Below, piece after piece: positions 10,980 through 20,952 of a stretch of DNA of 64,000 nucleotides (position 1 is its first letter; each line of letters opens with the position of its first letter). A program made the position numbers and the translations under genes. This stretch comes from Candidatus Cloacimonadales bacterium (GTDB taxonomy: Bacteria > Cloacimonadota > Cloacimonadia > Cloacimonadales > JAIOQZ01), in the NCBI GenBank assembly GCA_963662655.2, contig CAXXTU010000002.1, positions 3,008,001 to 3,072,000 on the forward strand, given 5' to 3'. The notes under the pieces were generated by a model. That model had not been told where the DNA came from. It saw only the letters and a list, made by a program, of their open reading frames with translations, and did not search any database.

Positions 10980-12251
10980 ATGTGGCTGTTATACCTGTTT
11001 CTCTTTTTATTTTTTTTCGTTTCTGCCGCTTTTTTTGCCGGGCTCGAGACCGGTCTGGTTTCTCTGGACCGTTTGAAACTGGAGACGGAATCCAAAACGG
11101 ATAACAGGAAGAAATATCTGGATAAGATGACGCGCAATCCGGACCTGATATTCGGGTTGACGCTCATCGGAACCAACATATCCCAAGTCATCGTATCCAC
11201 CATTTTTACAGCATTCTTTATCAAGCGATGGTTCCACGTGGAACAGGAGGTCGGCTCGCTTATATTGGCCGGCCTTGTACTGATCTTTGCAGAGATCATC
11301 CCGAAAGCGCTTTATCGTGACTACTCGGAGAAGCTCGTCATCCGCTCGTATCCATTCATCAGGATATCGAGCTTCATTCTCAAGCCATCGATTCAGGTTG
11401 TTACATGGTTCAACAACATGATCGCCCGTCTACTCAAAGTCGAGAGCGGGATGCATTTCCTGAGTCGTGAAGACCTCTCCTACATATTCTCGGAGTCCAC
11501 TTCGACCAATTCAATTCAGCAGGATCAGAAAGAGATGCTCGAAGACGCGCTCGAGTTCCGCGAATTGAAGGCAAAGAACGTGATGATTCCACGCACCGAC
11601 ATCATCGCGATCGATGCGGAATCGACGCTTGATCACGTGATCGATCTGGCCAGGAAGGAAGGCTATACGCGCTATCCCGTGTATAAGGAAAGCCTCGACC
11701 ACATCGTGGGAATTCTGATAATCTACGATCTGATCGGGCGGGACCGTTCCAGAACGCAGAAGGCGAAGGACTTCATCCGGGAGGCGTTCTTCATTCCCGA
11801 AACGATGGATGTCGATATTCTGCTCAAGGAGATGCAGACGCTCAGGAAGACGATGGCAATCGTAGTTGACTCCTACGGTGGAACGGCAGGACTGCTCACG
11901 GTTGAGGACATTCTGGAAGAGATCGTGGGTGAGATCGAAGACGAGTACGACAACGACGTAGAGAAGGATGTCGAGAAGATCAGCGACCACGAGTTTATCG
12001 TCAAGGGCTTTGTCGAAGTGGACGACCTGATTGATGTCTATGGAATCGATATCCCCGACGATGGAGACTACGAGACCATTGCGGGTCTCATTATCAATAA
12101 GATTGCCCGGATTCCGGTGAGGAATCAGAAGATAAAAATCGGAGTATGGACGGCGGAAATCTTGCAGGTGTCGAGCCGCAAGATTATCAAGATCAAGCTA
12201 TCCAGAAATGTATTGAAGGATCAACGGGTAAAGACAGATGCCAAAGATTAA
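10980..12251 (+). CDS. hemolysin/CNNM family protein (DUF21-CBS-CorC)
   Basis: SAAFFAGLET, AEIIPK, VMIPR and VVDSYGGTAGLLTVEDILEEIVGEIEDEYD. Confidence 0.93.
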   Translation: MWLLYLFLFLFFFVSAAFFAGLETGLVSLDRLKLETESKTDNRKKYLDKMTRNPDLIFGLTLIGTNISQVIVSTIFTAFFIKRWFHVEQEVGSLILAGLVLIFAEIIPKALYRDYSEKLVIRSYPFIRISSFILKPSIQVVTWFNNMIARLLKVESGMHFLSREDLSYIFSESTSTNSIQQDQKEMLEDALEFRELKAKNVMIPRTDIIAIDAESTLDHVIDLARKEGYTRYPVYKESLDHIVGILIIYDLIGRDRSRTQKAKDFIREAFFIPETMDVDILLKEMQTLRKTMAIVVDSYGGTAGLLTVEDILEEIVGEIEDEYDNDVEKDVEKISDHEFIVKGFVEVDDLIDVYGIDIPDDGDYETIAGLIINKIARIPVRNQKIKIGVWTAEILQVSSRKIIKIKLSRNVLKDQRVKTDAKD

Positions 12252-13449
12252 AACCAATGTGCTCAATCCGGTTTCGCCGGATTCGGTACGGCTTCAACGA
12301 GATTGCATCATTCATATTGAGGACGGAACGATTCGCGAGATCGCTTCCGACGGCGATTTCGATATCGATCACAGCGATTGCATCTGCATCCCGGGCCTGA
12401 TTGACACCCACGTTCACCTTTCACAATACAACGTACGCGGCATGCACGCCCCGCATCTGATCCAGTGGCTCGAGAAATACATTTTCCCCGAAGAAGCGAA
12501 GTCGTTCAATCCCGAATACGCCTACCAGGTAGCGCAGGATTTCTTTGATGCCTTGATCGAGGCCGGGACGACGACCGCGGTCCTGTACGTTTCCGCTTCG
12601 AGGGAAGCGACGGATATCGCTTTCCAGGTGGCGCAGGAGAAAGGAATCCGCGCGATCATCGGCAAAGTGATGATGGATGTGAATTCTCCCGCTACACTTC
12701 AGGAGATGCCCGAGAAGGCGATGAAGGACAGCCTGGCGTTATATGACGCATGGCATGAGCGATCGTCGCTCCTCGGCTATATTTTCACGCCGCGCTTCGC
12801 TCCGGTATGCAGCGCGGGGATGATGCGAGAGATCGGGAAGGAAGCTTCAAGGCGCAAGGCGTATATTCAGACGCACCTTTCAGAGAATCTGGACGAGATC
12901 AAGTGGGTGGGAGAGCTTTTCCCGGAAAGCAAGACCTATACGGACGTCTATGACAGAGCCGGATTGCTCACGGAGAAAACGCTTCTCGGGCATTGCATTC
13001 ATCTTTCGGATGAGGAAATGGCCATCATCAAGGAGCGTGGGGCGAAAATCACCCATTGCCCCGATTCCAATTTCTTCCTGAAGAGTGGCGCATTCCCGTG
13101 GCACAGAACCGAAGCAAGCGGAATCGATTTCGCGCTTGGCAGCGATGTAGGAGCGGGAACCACGCTTTCGATGCTGGAGATCATGAAAATGGCGATCTAC
13201 CGGCAGGAAAAAGCGCTAAGCCCGAGCGAGGTATTCTACAGGGCAACCGTTGGCGGCGCCAGGGTGCTTTCGCGTCAGGACGATCTGGGAATCCTCGAAA
13301 AGGGCAAGCAGGCCGACATGGTCTTTGTCCGCATGCGTGATATTGCTTCCAGGATGGGGGAGGAGTTGCTCTCCACGATGATCTATTTACCCGATTCACG
13401 CACGATTGAATCGGTCTACGTGCATGGAAATAGAATTAGCAATACATAA
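12238..13449 (+). CDS. guaD: guanine deaminase (amidohydrolase family)
   Basis: PGLIDTHVHLSQY, WLEKYIFPEE, TPRFAPVCS, QTHLSEN, HCPDSN and LGSDVGAG. Confidence 0.85.
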   Translation: MPKIKTNVLNPVSPDSVRLQRDCIIHIEDGTIREIASDGDFDIDHSDCICIPGLIDTHVHLSQYNVRGMHAPHLIQWLEKYIFPEEAKSFNPEYAYQVAQDFFDALIEAGTTTAVLYVSASREATDIAFQVAQEKGIRAIIGKVMMDVNSPATLQEMPEKAMKDSLALYDAWHERSSLLGYIFTPRFAPVCSAGMMREIGKEASRRKAYIQTHLSENLDEIKWVGELFPESKTYTDVYDRAGLLTEKTLLGHCIHLSDEEMAIIKERGAKITHCPDSNFFLKSGAFPWHRTEASGIDFALGSDVGAGTTLSMLEIMKMAIYRQEKALSPSEVFYRATVGGARVLSRQDDLGILEKGKQADMVFVRMRDIASRMGEELLSTMIYLPDSRTIESVYVHGNRISNT

Positions 13450-13473
13450 ACCTGTTAGAAACTTGGAGGATGA

Positions 13474-15138
13474 ATGAAATTAGTCGAATGTGTACCGAAT
13501 TTCAGTGAAGGAAGAGACAGAGGTATTCTCGATGAAATATCGAACGCGATCCGCACGGTCGCGAAAGTGACGCTTCTGGATGTCGATCCCGGGCAGGACA
13601 CCAACCGTACCGTATACACGATGGTAGGCGAGCCGGACGCTGTGGTTGAAGCGGCGTTCCAGGCAATCAAGAAGGCATCCGAACTGATCGACATGTCCAA
13701 GCATTCCGGAGCGCACGCGCGCCAGGGCGCATGTGACGTATGCCCGTTCGTGCCGGTATCGGATATGACGATGGACGAGTGTGTGGAACTCGCGAAGAAG
13801 CTCGGCAAGAGAGTCGGCGACGAGCTTGGCATACCGGTTTATCTATATGAGTACGCCGCGAGCAAGCCGGAATGGAAGAACCTGGCTGTCGTGCGCAAGG
13901 GCGAATACGAAGCGCTTCCCGAGAAAATGAAAGACGACTATTGGAAACCGGATTTCGGTCCGCAGGCGTTCAACAAGAAATCGGGCGCAACTGCGATCGG
14001 CGCGCGCGAGTTCCTGATTGCCTACAATATCAACCTCAATACACGCGACAAGAAGAAGGCGAATGAACTGGCCCTCAGCATCCGCGAGAAGGGCAGAGTG
14101 AAGCGCGACGCGAAGGGTAAGATCGTCAAGGACGAGAATGGCGAGAAGGTCTATGAGCCCGGATTCTTCACGGAATGCAAGGCGGTGGGCTGGTACATCG
14201 ACGAATACAACCGCGCGCAAATCAGTATCAATCTGACAAATTACAAGATCACGCCTCCGCACCTGGTTCTGGACAAGGTGCGTGAACTCGCGTGGGAAAA
14301 CAATATCGTTATCACCGGCAGTGAGCTCGTGGGACTGATCCCCAAAGAGGCCATGATCATGTCCGGTAAATATTATCTCAACAAGATGAACGAGAGCCCG
14401 GGTGTGCCGGATGCGATGATTATCGAGACCGCCATCCAGTCGCTGGGACTGGAAGACCTCGGCCCGTTCGACGTGCAGAGCAAGATCATTGAATACGCGA
14501 TCGAGGACAAGAACAATCTGGTGAACATGAAGCTCAACGACTTCATGGATGAGCTTTCCAGCGATTCTCCCGCTCCCGGCGGCGGAAGCGTTGCCGGTGT
14601 TTGCGCCGCGCTCTCCGGCTCCCTTTCAGCGATGGTCGCAAACCTGACTGTCAACAAGAAGGGCTACGAGAAAGTTCAGGATGTGGTCAAGCCAATCGCC
14701 GAGGAAGGCCAGGACATCAAAACGGAAGCGCTGTATGTGATCGACAGGGACACCGACGCCTTCAATGTCATGATGGACGCGAATCGCCTGCCGAAGAAAA
14801 CCGACGAGGAAACCGCGATCCGCGAACAGGCGATCGAAGCTGCGACCCAGAACGCAATCCAGGTCCCGCTCGAGACCATGAAGATTGCCCTCAAGGCCGT
14901 CAAACTCGCCCAACGTGTATCCGGCGTCGGTAACGAGAATGCGCTCTCTGACGCGGGTGTTGCTGCCATCACAGCTAACGCGGCCGCCAAAGCGGCGTAC
15001 CTTAACGTCATGATCAACATGGCCGGCATCACCGATCAGATGTTTAAGGCCAAAACCATCGACGAAGCCAAGCAGATTCTCAACGAGACCAATCAGATTG
15101 CTCTGGCTGTGGAAGAAGAGATCAAAGCGAAGCTGTAG
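13474..15138 (+). CDS. ftcd: bifunctional glutamate formimidoyltransferase / formimidoyltetrahydrofolate cyclodeaminase
   Basis: VECVPNFSEGRD, NRTVYT and DVCPFVP (transferase); SDSPAPGGGSVA and NALSDAGV...AYLNV.IN (cyclodeaminase). Confidence 0.93.
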   Translation: MKLVECVPNFSEGRDRGILDEISNAIRTVAKVTLLDVDPGQDTNRTVYTMVGEPDAVVEAAFQAIKKASELIDMSKHSGAHARQGACDVCPFVPVSDMTMDECVELAKKLGKRVGDELGIPVYLYEYAASKPEWKNLAVVRKGEYEALPEKMKDDYWKPDFGPQAFNKKSGATAIGAREFLIAYNINLNTRDKKKANELALSIREKGRVKRDAKGKIVKDENGEKVYEPGFFTECKAVGWYIDEYNRAQISINLTNYKITPPHLVLDKVRELAWENNIVITGSELVGLIPKEAMIMSGKYYLNKMNESPGVPDAMIIETAIQSLGLEDLGPFDVQSKIIEYAIEDKNNLVNMKLNDFMDELSSDSPAPGGGSVAGVCAALSGSLSAMVANLTVNKKGYEKVQDVVKPIAEEGQDIKTEALYVIDRDTDAFNVMMDANRLPKKTDEETAIREQAIEAATQNAIQVPLETMKIALKAVKLAQRVSGVGNENALSDAGVAAITANAAAKAAYLNVMINMAGITDQMFKAKTIDEAKQILNETNQIALAVEEEIKAKL

Positions 15139-15157
15139 TGTTTCACATTATACTATT

Positions 15158-15188
15158 GAAACCGCGGATGAATAACATTCGCGGTTTC
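15158..15188. terminator. hairpin between convergent genes, probably a bidirectional terminator
   Basis: GAAACCGCGGATG...CATTCGCGGTTTC. Confidence 0.65.
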
Positions 15189-16273
15189 TATTTATATATG
15201 TGTGTGGACTCCTTAATATAAGCACGTACATCCCGTTCATTTTTATACCACGAATATGTAAATGGTTGTAATCTGGAGTCTAATTTATCATTTATGTACT
15301 TCTCAAAATCCTTCTTTAGTTCGGGGTAATTATTTATTTTCCCTACGCACCCTTTTTTTAAGGTGATTGACCATGGTTGGCTTTTGTCAATCTGCATAAA
15401 CTCGAGCAAACTCTCAACATTATCTTCAATAGATAACATCGAGTTAGGCATAAAACCGTTTTTCATGTACACTAATTGAAATATCATTTCAAGAGCATAC
15501 CATATCAAGTAAGTTCTATCGACAAAGGATGTGTGCACATAAAAATGTGTCCATTTATACACATGTTTCAAAATATTCGCATCAAATGGAAATTCGATCA
15601 TCTTCATGTCACTCATTGTTTTTTCGATAACAAAATCCAGAATGAATGATGGTCTTATTCTTACTTCATTGTTAAGGTTATCTTTTACACGAGACAATCC
15701 GATTATTTCTTTAGAAATAAGCTCTATTGCTTGTCTTATTTGAAAAACAATGACGGGCCTGATGTCTCCTAAATAACCGAACTGCGAATCTACTCTTGCT
15801 CCAAGCAAGAATACTTTTTTTGCAGCACTAATGATTTCAAAGGAGTTCATTGCTCTATTGACTGATGTTCTTTGCTTAAGATTATTGTTCGTTTTCAATA
15901 TATAGTACTCAACCCAAAAAACCAATTCCTCAATATCAAATAAAAAATTATATACGAGATCAGATGAATGTGATATTCTTCCTTTTTTAATGAAATCATC
16001 GAGGAAAACAGCATATTTCTGAGCAACAAGAATGTTGTGTTTTACATAACTTATAATTGCCCTTTTCCGAATTGGCTTTCTTGAAAAGACAACAGCTGAA
16101 ATTTTACTATCGGGAAACGACTTACTTCTCAAAGTGACATTTGCAAAACGATCAAACCAATGAAGGAAGCTATTTACAGCATCAATCAGGTCAGCACTCT
16201 TTTCAAGTTTTTCTCTCTTGCTTCTTTCTGCATCTATCAACCCCCTTAACAAATCAATCTCTTCTATATGAAT

Positions 16274-17620
16274 GGCACTGTTGCATATTAAGTGGGTGAA
16301 TGGGTATTCAGATATCCGCAACATTGCAGAACCTTCAATCTGAAGTATGAGAAGTCCTTGTATCCATACGCTCTCTTTATAATGGTTCGAATGACGTTGT
16401 TAACCGCTTCTGCCTTGGCATTCGTGATTCTATGCTTGAACCAGTTCAACACAATATGCAATCTCTTCATAATCGTTCTTGCAAGTGCCTTCAGTGGCTC
16501 GAAGACGGTTTTCTGAATAACTCTGCACCACTCTTCAATCATCGGCTTCGCTTCTTCTTGCGTAATATCGTCTTCGAAAATCGATAGTAAATCTTCTTTG
16601 AGCAAATAGGCTTCGTAAAGGGGATGATTTAGCGTCTCCAGTTTCTTGAGTCGGGCTTGATGGTTTTCTTTGTGATTGTGTTTTCTGGTCAAAACCAACC
16701 ACCGGTCGTGTTTCTTGCTCTGACGCAACTTGTCAGATTCAAAATCTCTCTGAAGTTCTCGTCGTACTTCTTCCACTTTTCTGTTGACCAGGCGGCTGAA
16801 ATGGAAACGATCAAATACGATCATATCGGCACTCCAACACTCGGAAACAGCGCCGATATATGAACCACTGAAATCCATTGTTACGGTATCAATCCAGCGG
16901 AGTCGTCGTTCGTATTTTCGAAACAACTCCTTCGCACTTTCTTTCGATTTGCCCATTGTCAGGTCGATCACACACCCGTCCTCATGGTTTGTGATAACCG
17001 TTGCATACTTATGCCTTCGCTTATAACCAATCTCGTCAATTGCAATCTGATCGACATTCGGAACTCGTCCTCTATAACCCTTTTCCAACTTGGATAACTC
17101 AATTTTGTCGATTCGATAAATCGTACTCCGATCCACACCGAATATCCGTGCTACAGAAGCATTGTCTGAACGAAGCGTGAACTAGAGAACCTTATTGCCG
17201 AAGTCTTTAGAGTGTCGATTGAGACCCTCGGCAATATCCTGTTGTTCAGTTTTCACTCCACACTGAGCGCAGTTGATCCGGCGAAGCGTCAGCACAAGTA
17301 CTACGGGACGACAGGATATGGATGCATGAAGAATTTTGCGGACTCGATGATCATAAACTGCTCCCACAATACCGCATGTAGGACAACGTGGCTCATCTTC
17401 CTTTCGAACATGGACTTCAATGCATGGATAAGTTTGATACGTACCTTCGATTATCTGGTCGGCAGAATAACCTTGCAAAGCCAACAACGTTTTACAGACT
17501 TGTTTTCTGAGAGGATCATTCATCTCTATCTCCTTGTTGTGGTGATTAGGAGATTGTACGAGATCGGGTGATTCCTCTCAATCTTTTTTTCGACTTACCC
17601 ACTAAGTTTGCAACAGTGCC
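16274..17620 (-). mobile_element. ISL3-family insertion sequence, 1347 bp
   Basis: Terminal inverted repeats GGCACTGTTGCATATTAAGTGGGT / GGCACTGTTGCAAACTTAGTGGGT (21 of 24 match); 8-bp direct repeat ATATGAAT at 16266-16273 and 17621-17628. Confidence 0.95.
16288..17523 (-). pseudogene. ISL3 transposase with one in-frame TAG at 17182-17184
   Basis: The zinc-finger part (CPTCG...CAQCG) and the DDE part (IAIDE, TMDF, DRFH, TNAKAEAVNN.I..I..RAYGY) are in the same frame, separated only by the TAG. Confidence 0.9.
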
Positions 17621-17732
17621 ATATGAATATATCCATTCTTACTAATGGTGTACAATTTGTCGAGCTGCATTCTTATATCGTTGATTCCCATATAGTCATT
17701 CTCCGATAATGGTTAATTGGAAAAACGTTTAT

Positions 17733-17761
17733 ATGTTAAATGTTGTTGAAAAAACTGTCAA
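17733..17761 (-). promoter_or_regulatory. sigma-70 promoter of the interrupted HEPN-like gene
   Basis: Minus strand TTGACA-17 bp-TAACAT. Confidence 0.7.
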
Positions 17762-17784
17762 GAGTCTTGCAAATGTTCTCAAAT

Positions 17785-17819
17785 AAAAAAAACCGTCCTC
17801 ACCCAGAGAGACGGCTTTC
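17785..17819 (-). terminator. intrinsic terminator after secF
   Basis: Minus strand GCCGTCTCTCTGGGTGAGGACGG followed by a long T-run. Confidence 0.7.
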
Positions 17820-17845
17820 TATTTATTGCCTTATGCAATGTGTAA

Positions 17846-18769
17846 CTAATTTCCGCGCTTGATACCTTTCTTCTGCTCGCGTTTGAGGAAGTATTCCACC
17901 ATGATCGGGCTTGCGATAAAGATGGAAGAGTAGGTACCGACGACGATACCGATCATCAGAGCGAACGCGAAATCGTGGATCACGGTACCGCCGAAGAGGT
18001 ACAGAGACAACACCACGATGAAGGTGGTGAGCGATGTAATAACGGTACGGTTGAGCGTCTCGTTAATACTGTGATTGATCACGCTTTCGTATGATTCGCG
18101 ACGGTAAATCTTCAGGTCTTCGCGGATACGGTCGAACACAACGATGGTATCGTTGAGTGAGTAACCGACGATGGTAAGCAGCGCAGCAACGATGTTGAGG
18201 CTGATTTCCTTACCGACGATGGAGAAGATACCGACGGTGATAAGCACGTCGTGGAAGAGCGCTGCAACAGCAGCTACACCGAAGGTGAACTGGAAACGCC
18301 ACCAGATGTAGAGGATGATTCCAAGAAGCGAGTAGAAGATAGCCAGAACGGCTTTACCGCGCAGCTCGCGACCGATCTTCGGACCGATCTTTTCCTGTGA
18401 ACGGGCTTCCACTTCGTATTTCGGGAATTTCTCCGTGATCTTCGCAATAAGCTCTTCGCCTTCGCCTTCAGCTTGTTGAGTCTTGATCAGATAGTGGTTG
18501 GTGCCGCTGTATCGCTGGATTTCGGCGTCTTCGTAGCCGCCGTCTTTCAACGCGTCGCGAATATCGCTAACGTTGATTTCGGCCAGTCCTTCTTCCTGAG
18601 GAAGAATGGTGATTTCCACCGAGACACCGCCAGTGAAGTCGATGCTGTACTTTGGTCCGCCCTGGATGACCAGGGAGATGATCCCCGCAAGGATAATCAG
18701 ACCAGAGACGATGAACATCGTTCTTCTTTTTCCGACAAAATCTATTGATGTATCTCCGAATATTCTCAT
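17846..18769 (-). CDS. secF: protein translocase subunit SecF
   Basis: IDFTGG, IGPKIG, HDVLIT, GYSLNDTIVVFDRIRE, RTVITSLTT and GTYSSIFIA. Confidence 0.97.
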   Translation of the reverse strand: MRIFGDTSIDFVGKRRTMFIVSGLIILAGIISLVIQGGPKYSIDFTGGVSVEITILPQEEGLAEINVSDIRDALKDGGYEDAEIQRYSGTNHYLIKTQQAEGEGEELIAKITEKFPKYEVEARSQEKIGPKIGRELRGKAVLAIFYSLLGIILYIWWRFQFTFGVAAVAALFHDVLITVGIFSIVGKEISLNIVAALLTIVGYSLNDTIVVFDRIREDLKIYRRESYESVINHSINETLNRTVITSLTTFIVVLSLYLFGGTVIHDFAFALMIGIVVGTYSSIFIASPIMVEYFLKREQKKGIKRGN

Positions 18770-18777
18770 GGTGCCTC

Positions 18778-20523
18778 CTAGATGCTCAACGACTTTCGTG
18801 GTTTGTTGCCAATCATACCGTCGAAGATCGCTCGCACCAGAATAATGGATGCGAACATCGAACCGATGATACCGATGGAAAGCGTAACCGCAAATCCACG
18901 GATCGGTCCGGTTCCGAATTGATACAGCACAATCGCTGTGATGAGGGTCGTAATATTGGCATCGAGGATGGTGACGATCGCGCGGCTGAATCCTGAATCG
19001 ATCGCGGAACGAGCCGTCTTACCGGTTCTGAGTTCCTCGCGAATACGTTCGAAGATCAACACGTTCGCGTCAACCGCCATACCGATGGTAAGAATCATAC
19101 CCGCGATACCCGGAAGCGTAAGGGTTGCTTCGAGCATGGTAAGCGCTGCCAGGATGAAGCCAATGTTCACGATCAGCGCAAGGTCGGCGATCAGGCCCGA
19201 AAGCTTGTAGTAGACAGCCATGAAGAGCGCGACCACGATCAAGCCGATAACGGCTGAAAGGAATCCGGCCTTGATACTGTCGGATCCGAGAGTCGGGCCA
19301 ACACTGCGTTCCTGAATGATGGTCACAGGAGCGGGAAGGTTACCGGCCTTGAGGACGATGACCAGATCCTGTGCTTCTTCTTCGTCGGCAAGACCTGTGA
19401 TACGGCCTTCGCCGAATATCTTGTCCTGAATGGTCGGAGCCATGAATACCGTGTTGTCCAGCACGATGGCCAGTCTGCGATTGATATTCTGCCCGGTTAC
19501 GCGTGCGAAGCGACGGGAACCTTCACGGTTGAACTCGAGCGCCACGTATGCACGGTTCGCTTCACGAGGATCGTCGCCCTGCCCGATGGCAACGCGTGCG
19601 TCCGCGAGATACTGTCCGGTAACTTCTGCCTTGTCTACAACCACATAAAGCGGGCGCGGCTGAGATGGCTGCTTCTTGTTCTGCTTGCCGATCAGCACTT
19701 CGAGGCCAGCTGGAATCGCCCGTTGGAGTTTCTCGTCATTAAGAAGCTCTTGAAGGAGAACGATGTTCTTCTCTTCGACCATCATAGGATAGCCGGCATA
19801 AGAAGAAACCTGGCTGAATAGGTGCTTTTTGTTGATCTCGACGACTTCCGTTTCCTCTTCGGCAACGGTCGTGTCTTCCTCGGTTGCTGTCGAATCTTCT
19901 TCGTCGAATTCGATCGGGGTTTCGATATCCTCTACAACTTCGGCAAACTTTGCCAAAGCGGGATACTGAACAGAATAATGCTCGTCGTAGCCCATCTCGA
20001 TTTCTTTGTCGAGGCGATCGTAGACTTGCTTGATCTGTTCGTCTTCAGCGACAAGCTTGAATTCAAGCAACGCTGTTTTCTTGATCAGGTCCTTGGTGCG
20101 ATCGAAGTTCTGAACTCCGGGCAACTGAAGGATTATCCGGTTCTTACCGGGTGATCGGGTCAATATAGGTTCGGCAACACCGAATTGGTCAATACGATTT
20201 CGTATGATTTCCAGTGCGGCTTGAACCGCTTCTTCATGCTGGTCTTCCGGGATCTCAGTCTCCGAGAAATCCACTGCCAGGTCAATTTGCATACCACCCT
20301 GGAGATCAAGACCGAGCTTGAGCAATTTGTTGGTCCAGAGGCGCATGGTGTAGTCGGTATCATCATCTCCCGACTTTAATAAATAATCCCACGGTAACTT
20401 CGATGTAGCCAGCTGATCCGCGAGGGGAGACTTCATTGACTGAAGCGTCAACGGTACTAAAAAGTACGCAATTGTCACCAGTACAACGACGATGATAATC
20501 GTTCTTAATCGTGTTTTTTTCAT
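18778..20523 (-). CDS. secD: protein translocase subunit SecD
   Basis: LGLDLQGG, RIDQFGVAEP, VGPTLG, LTLPGIAG and GMAVDANVLIFERIREE. Start chosen by RBS spacing (alternative 20529). Confidence 0.96.
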   Translation of the reverse strand: MKKTRLRTIIIVVVLVTIAYFLVPLTLQSMKSPLADQLATSKLPWDYLLKSGDDDTDYTMRLWTNKLLKLGLDLQGGMQIDLAVDFSETEIPEDQHEEAVQAALEIIRNRIDQFGVAEPILTRSPGKNRIILQLPGVQNFDRTKDLIKKTALLEFKLVAEDEQIKQVYDRLDKEIEMGYDEHYSVQYPALAKFAEVVEDIETPIEFDEEDSTATEEDTTVAEEETEVVEINKKHLFSQVSSYAGYPMMVEEKNIVLLQELLNDEKLQRAIPAGLEVLIGKQNKKQPSQPRPLYVVVDKAEVTGQYLADARVAIGQGDDPREANRAYVALEFNREGSRRFARVTGQNINRRLAIVLDNTVFMAPTIQDKIFGEGRITGLADEEEAQDLVIVLKAGNLPAPVTIIQERSVGPTLGSDSIKAGFLSAVIGLIVVALFMAVYYKLSGLIADLALIVNIGFILAALTMLEATLTLPGIAGMILTIGMAVDANVLIFERIREELRTGKTARSAIDSGFSRAIVTILDANITTLITAIVLYQFGTGPIRGFAVTLSIGIIGSMFASIILVRAIFDGMIGNKPRKSLSI

Positions 20524-20635
20524 CAGCATCAACTCCCTTGATTATGATCTTCTAATGCTGTAAAGTGTGCCCACTGCAAGTATCTTGTTAAATAAACACA
20601 GGGGTCTAACAACAAAATTCATCGCTTTATACGCG

Positions 20636-20938
20636 TCAAGAATTTTGTCCACTACTCATAAATCCAATTTCTTTGTCGCCGGCTTTTTCATAGGTTTTGA
20701 TCGTGCCGTGCTGCTTCTCGTAGTTTTCAATGTTCGCTTTAAGAATATTGAAAAATTGTTTTGCGTGCTGCGGTGTAGTCACAACGCGACTATAGATTTT
20801 CGCTTCCGGAAGACCCGGCATCATGCGGCCGAAATCCAGGACGAATTCCGACGGCGACCACGCCATCATGAACATATTCGAATACGTTCCTTCGCCTACC
20901 TGCGCATCTATTTTCACGTTTATTTTCTGCTTCTGCAT
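20636..20938 (-). CDS. DUF3467 domain protein
   Basis: GTYSN...SPSEFVLDF...SRVV.TPQHAK...NIENYE..HG.I pattern. Confidence 0.85.
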   Translation of the reverse strand: MQKQKINVKIDAQVGEGTYSNMFMMAWSPSEFVLDFGRMMPGLPEAKIYSRVVTTPQHAKQFFNILKANIENYEKQHGTIKTYEKAGDKEIGFMSSGQNS

Positions 20939-20952
20939 GCGATTGCTCCTCT

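Larger units (their letters stand above)
15188..17691 (-). pseudogene. low-GC HEPN-like hypothetical gene (382 aa when reconstructed) interrupted by ISL3
   Basis: ATG 17691 gives MGINDIRMQLDKLYTISKNGYIH. Removing the IS and one target-site copy joins it in frame to IEEIDLLRGL...; motifs IRQAIE and YVH; AT-rich. Confidence 0.8.

Noticed and set aside
17182..17184. TAG recoding (pyrrolysine or alternative genetic code)
   Set aside because: TAG terminates several normal genes here, RF1 is intact, and no pyl genes are seen.
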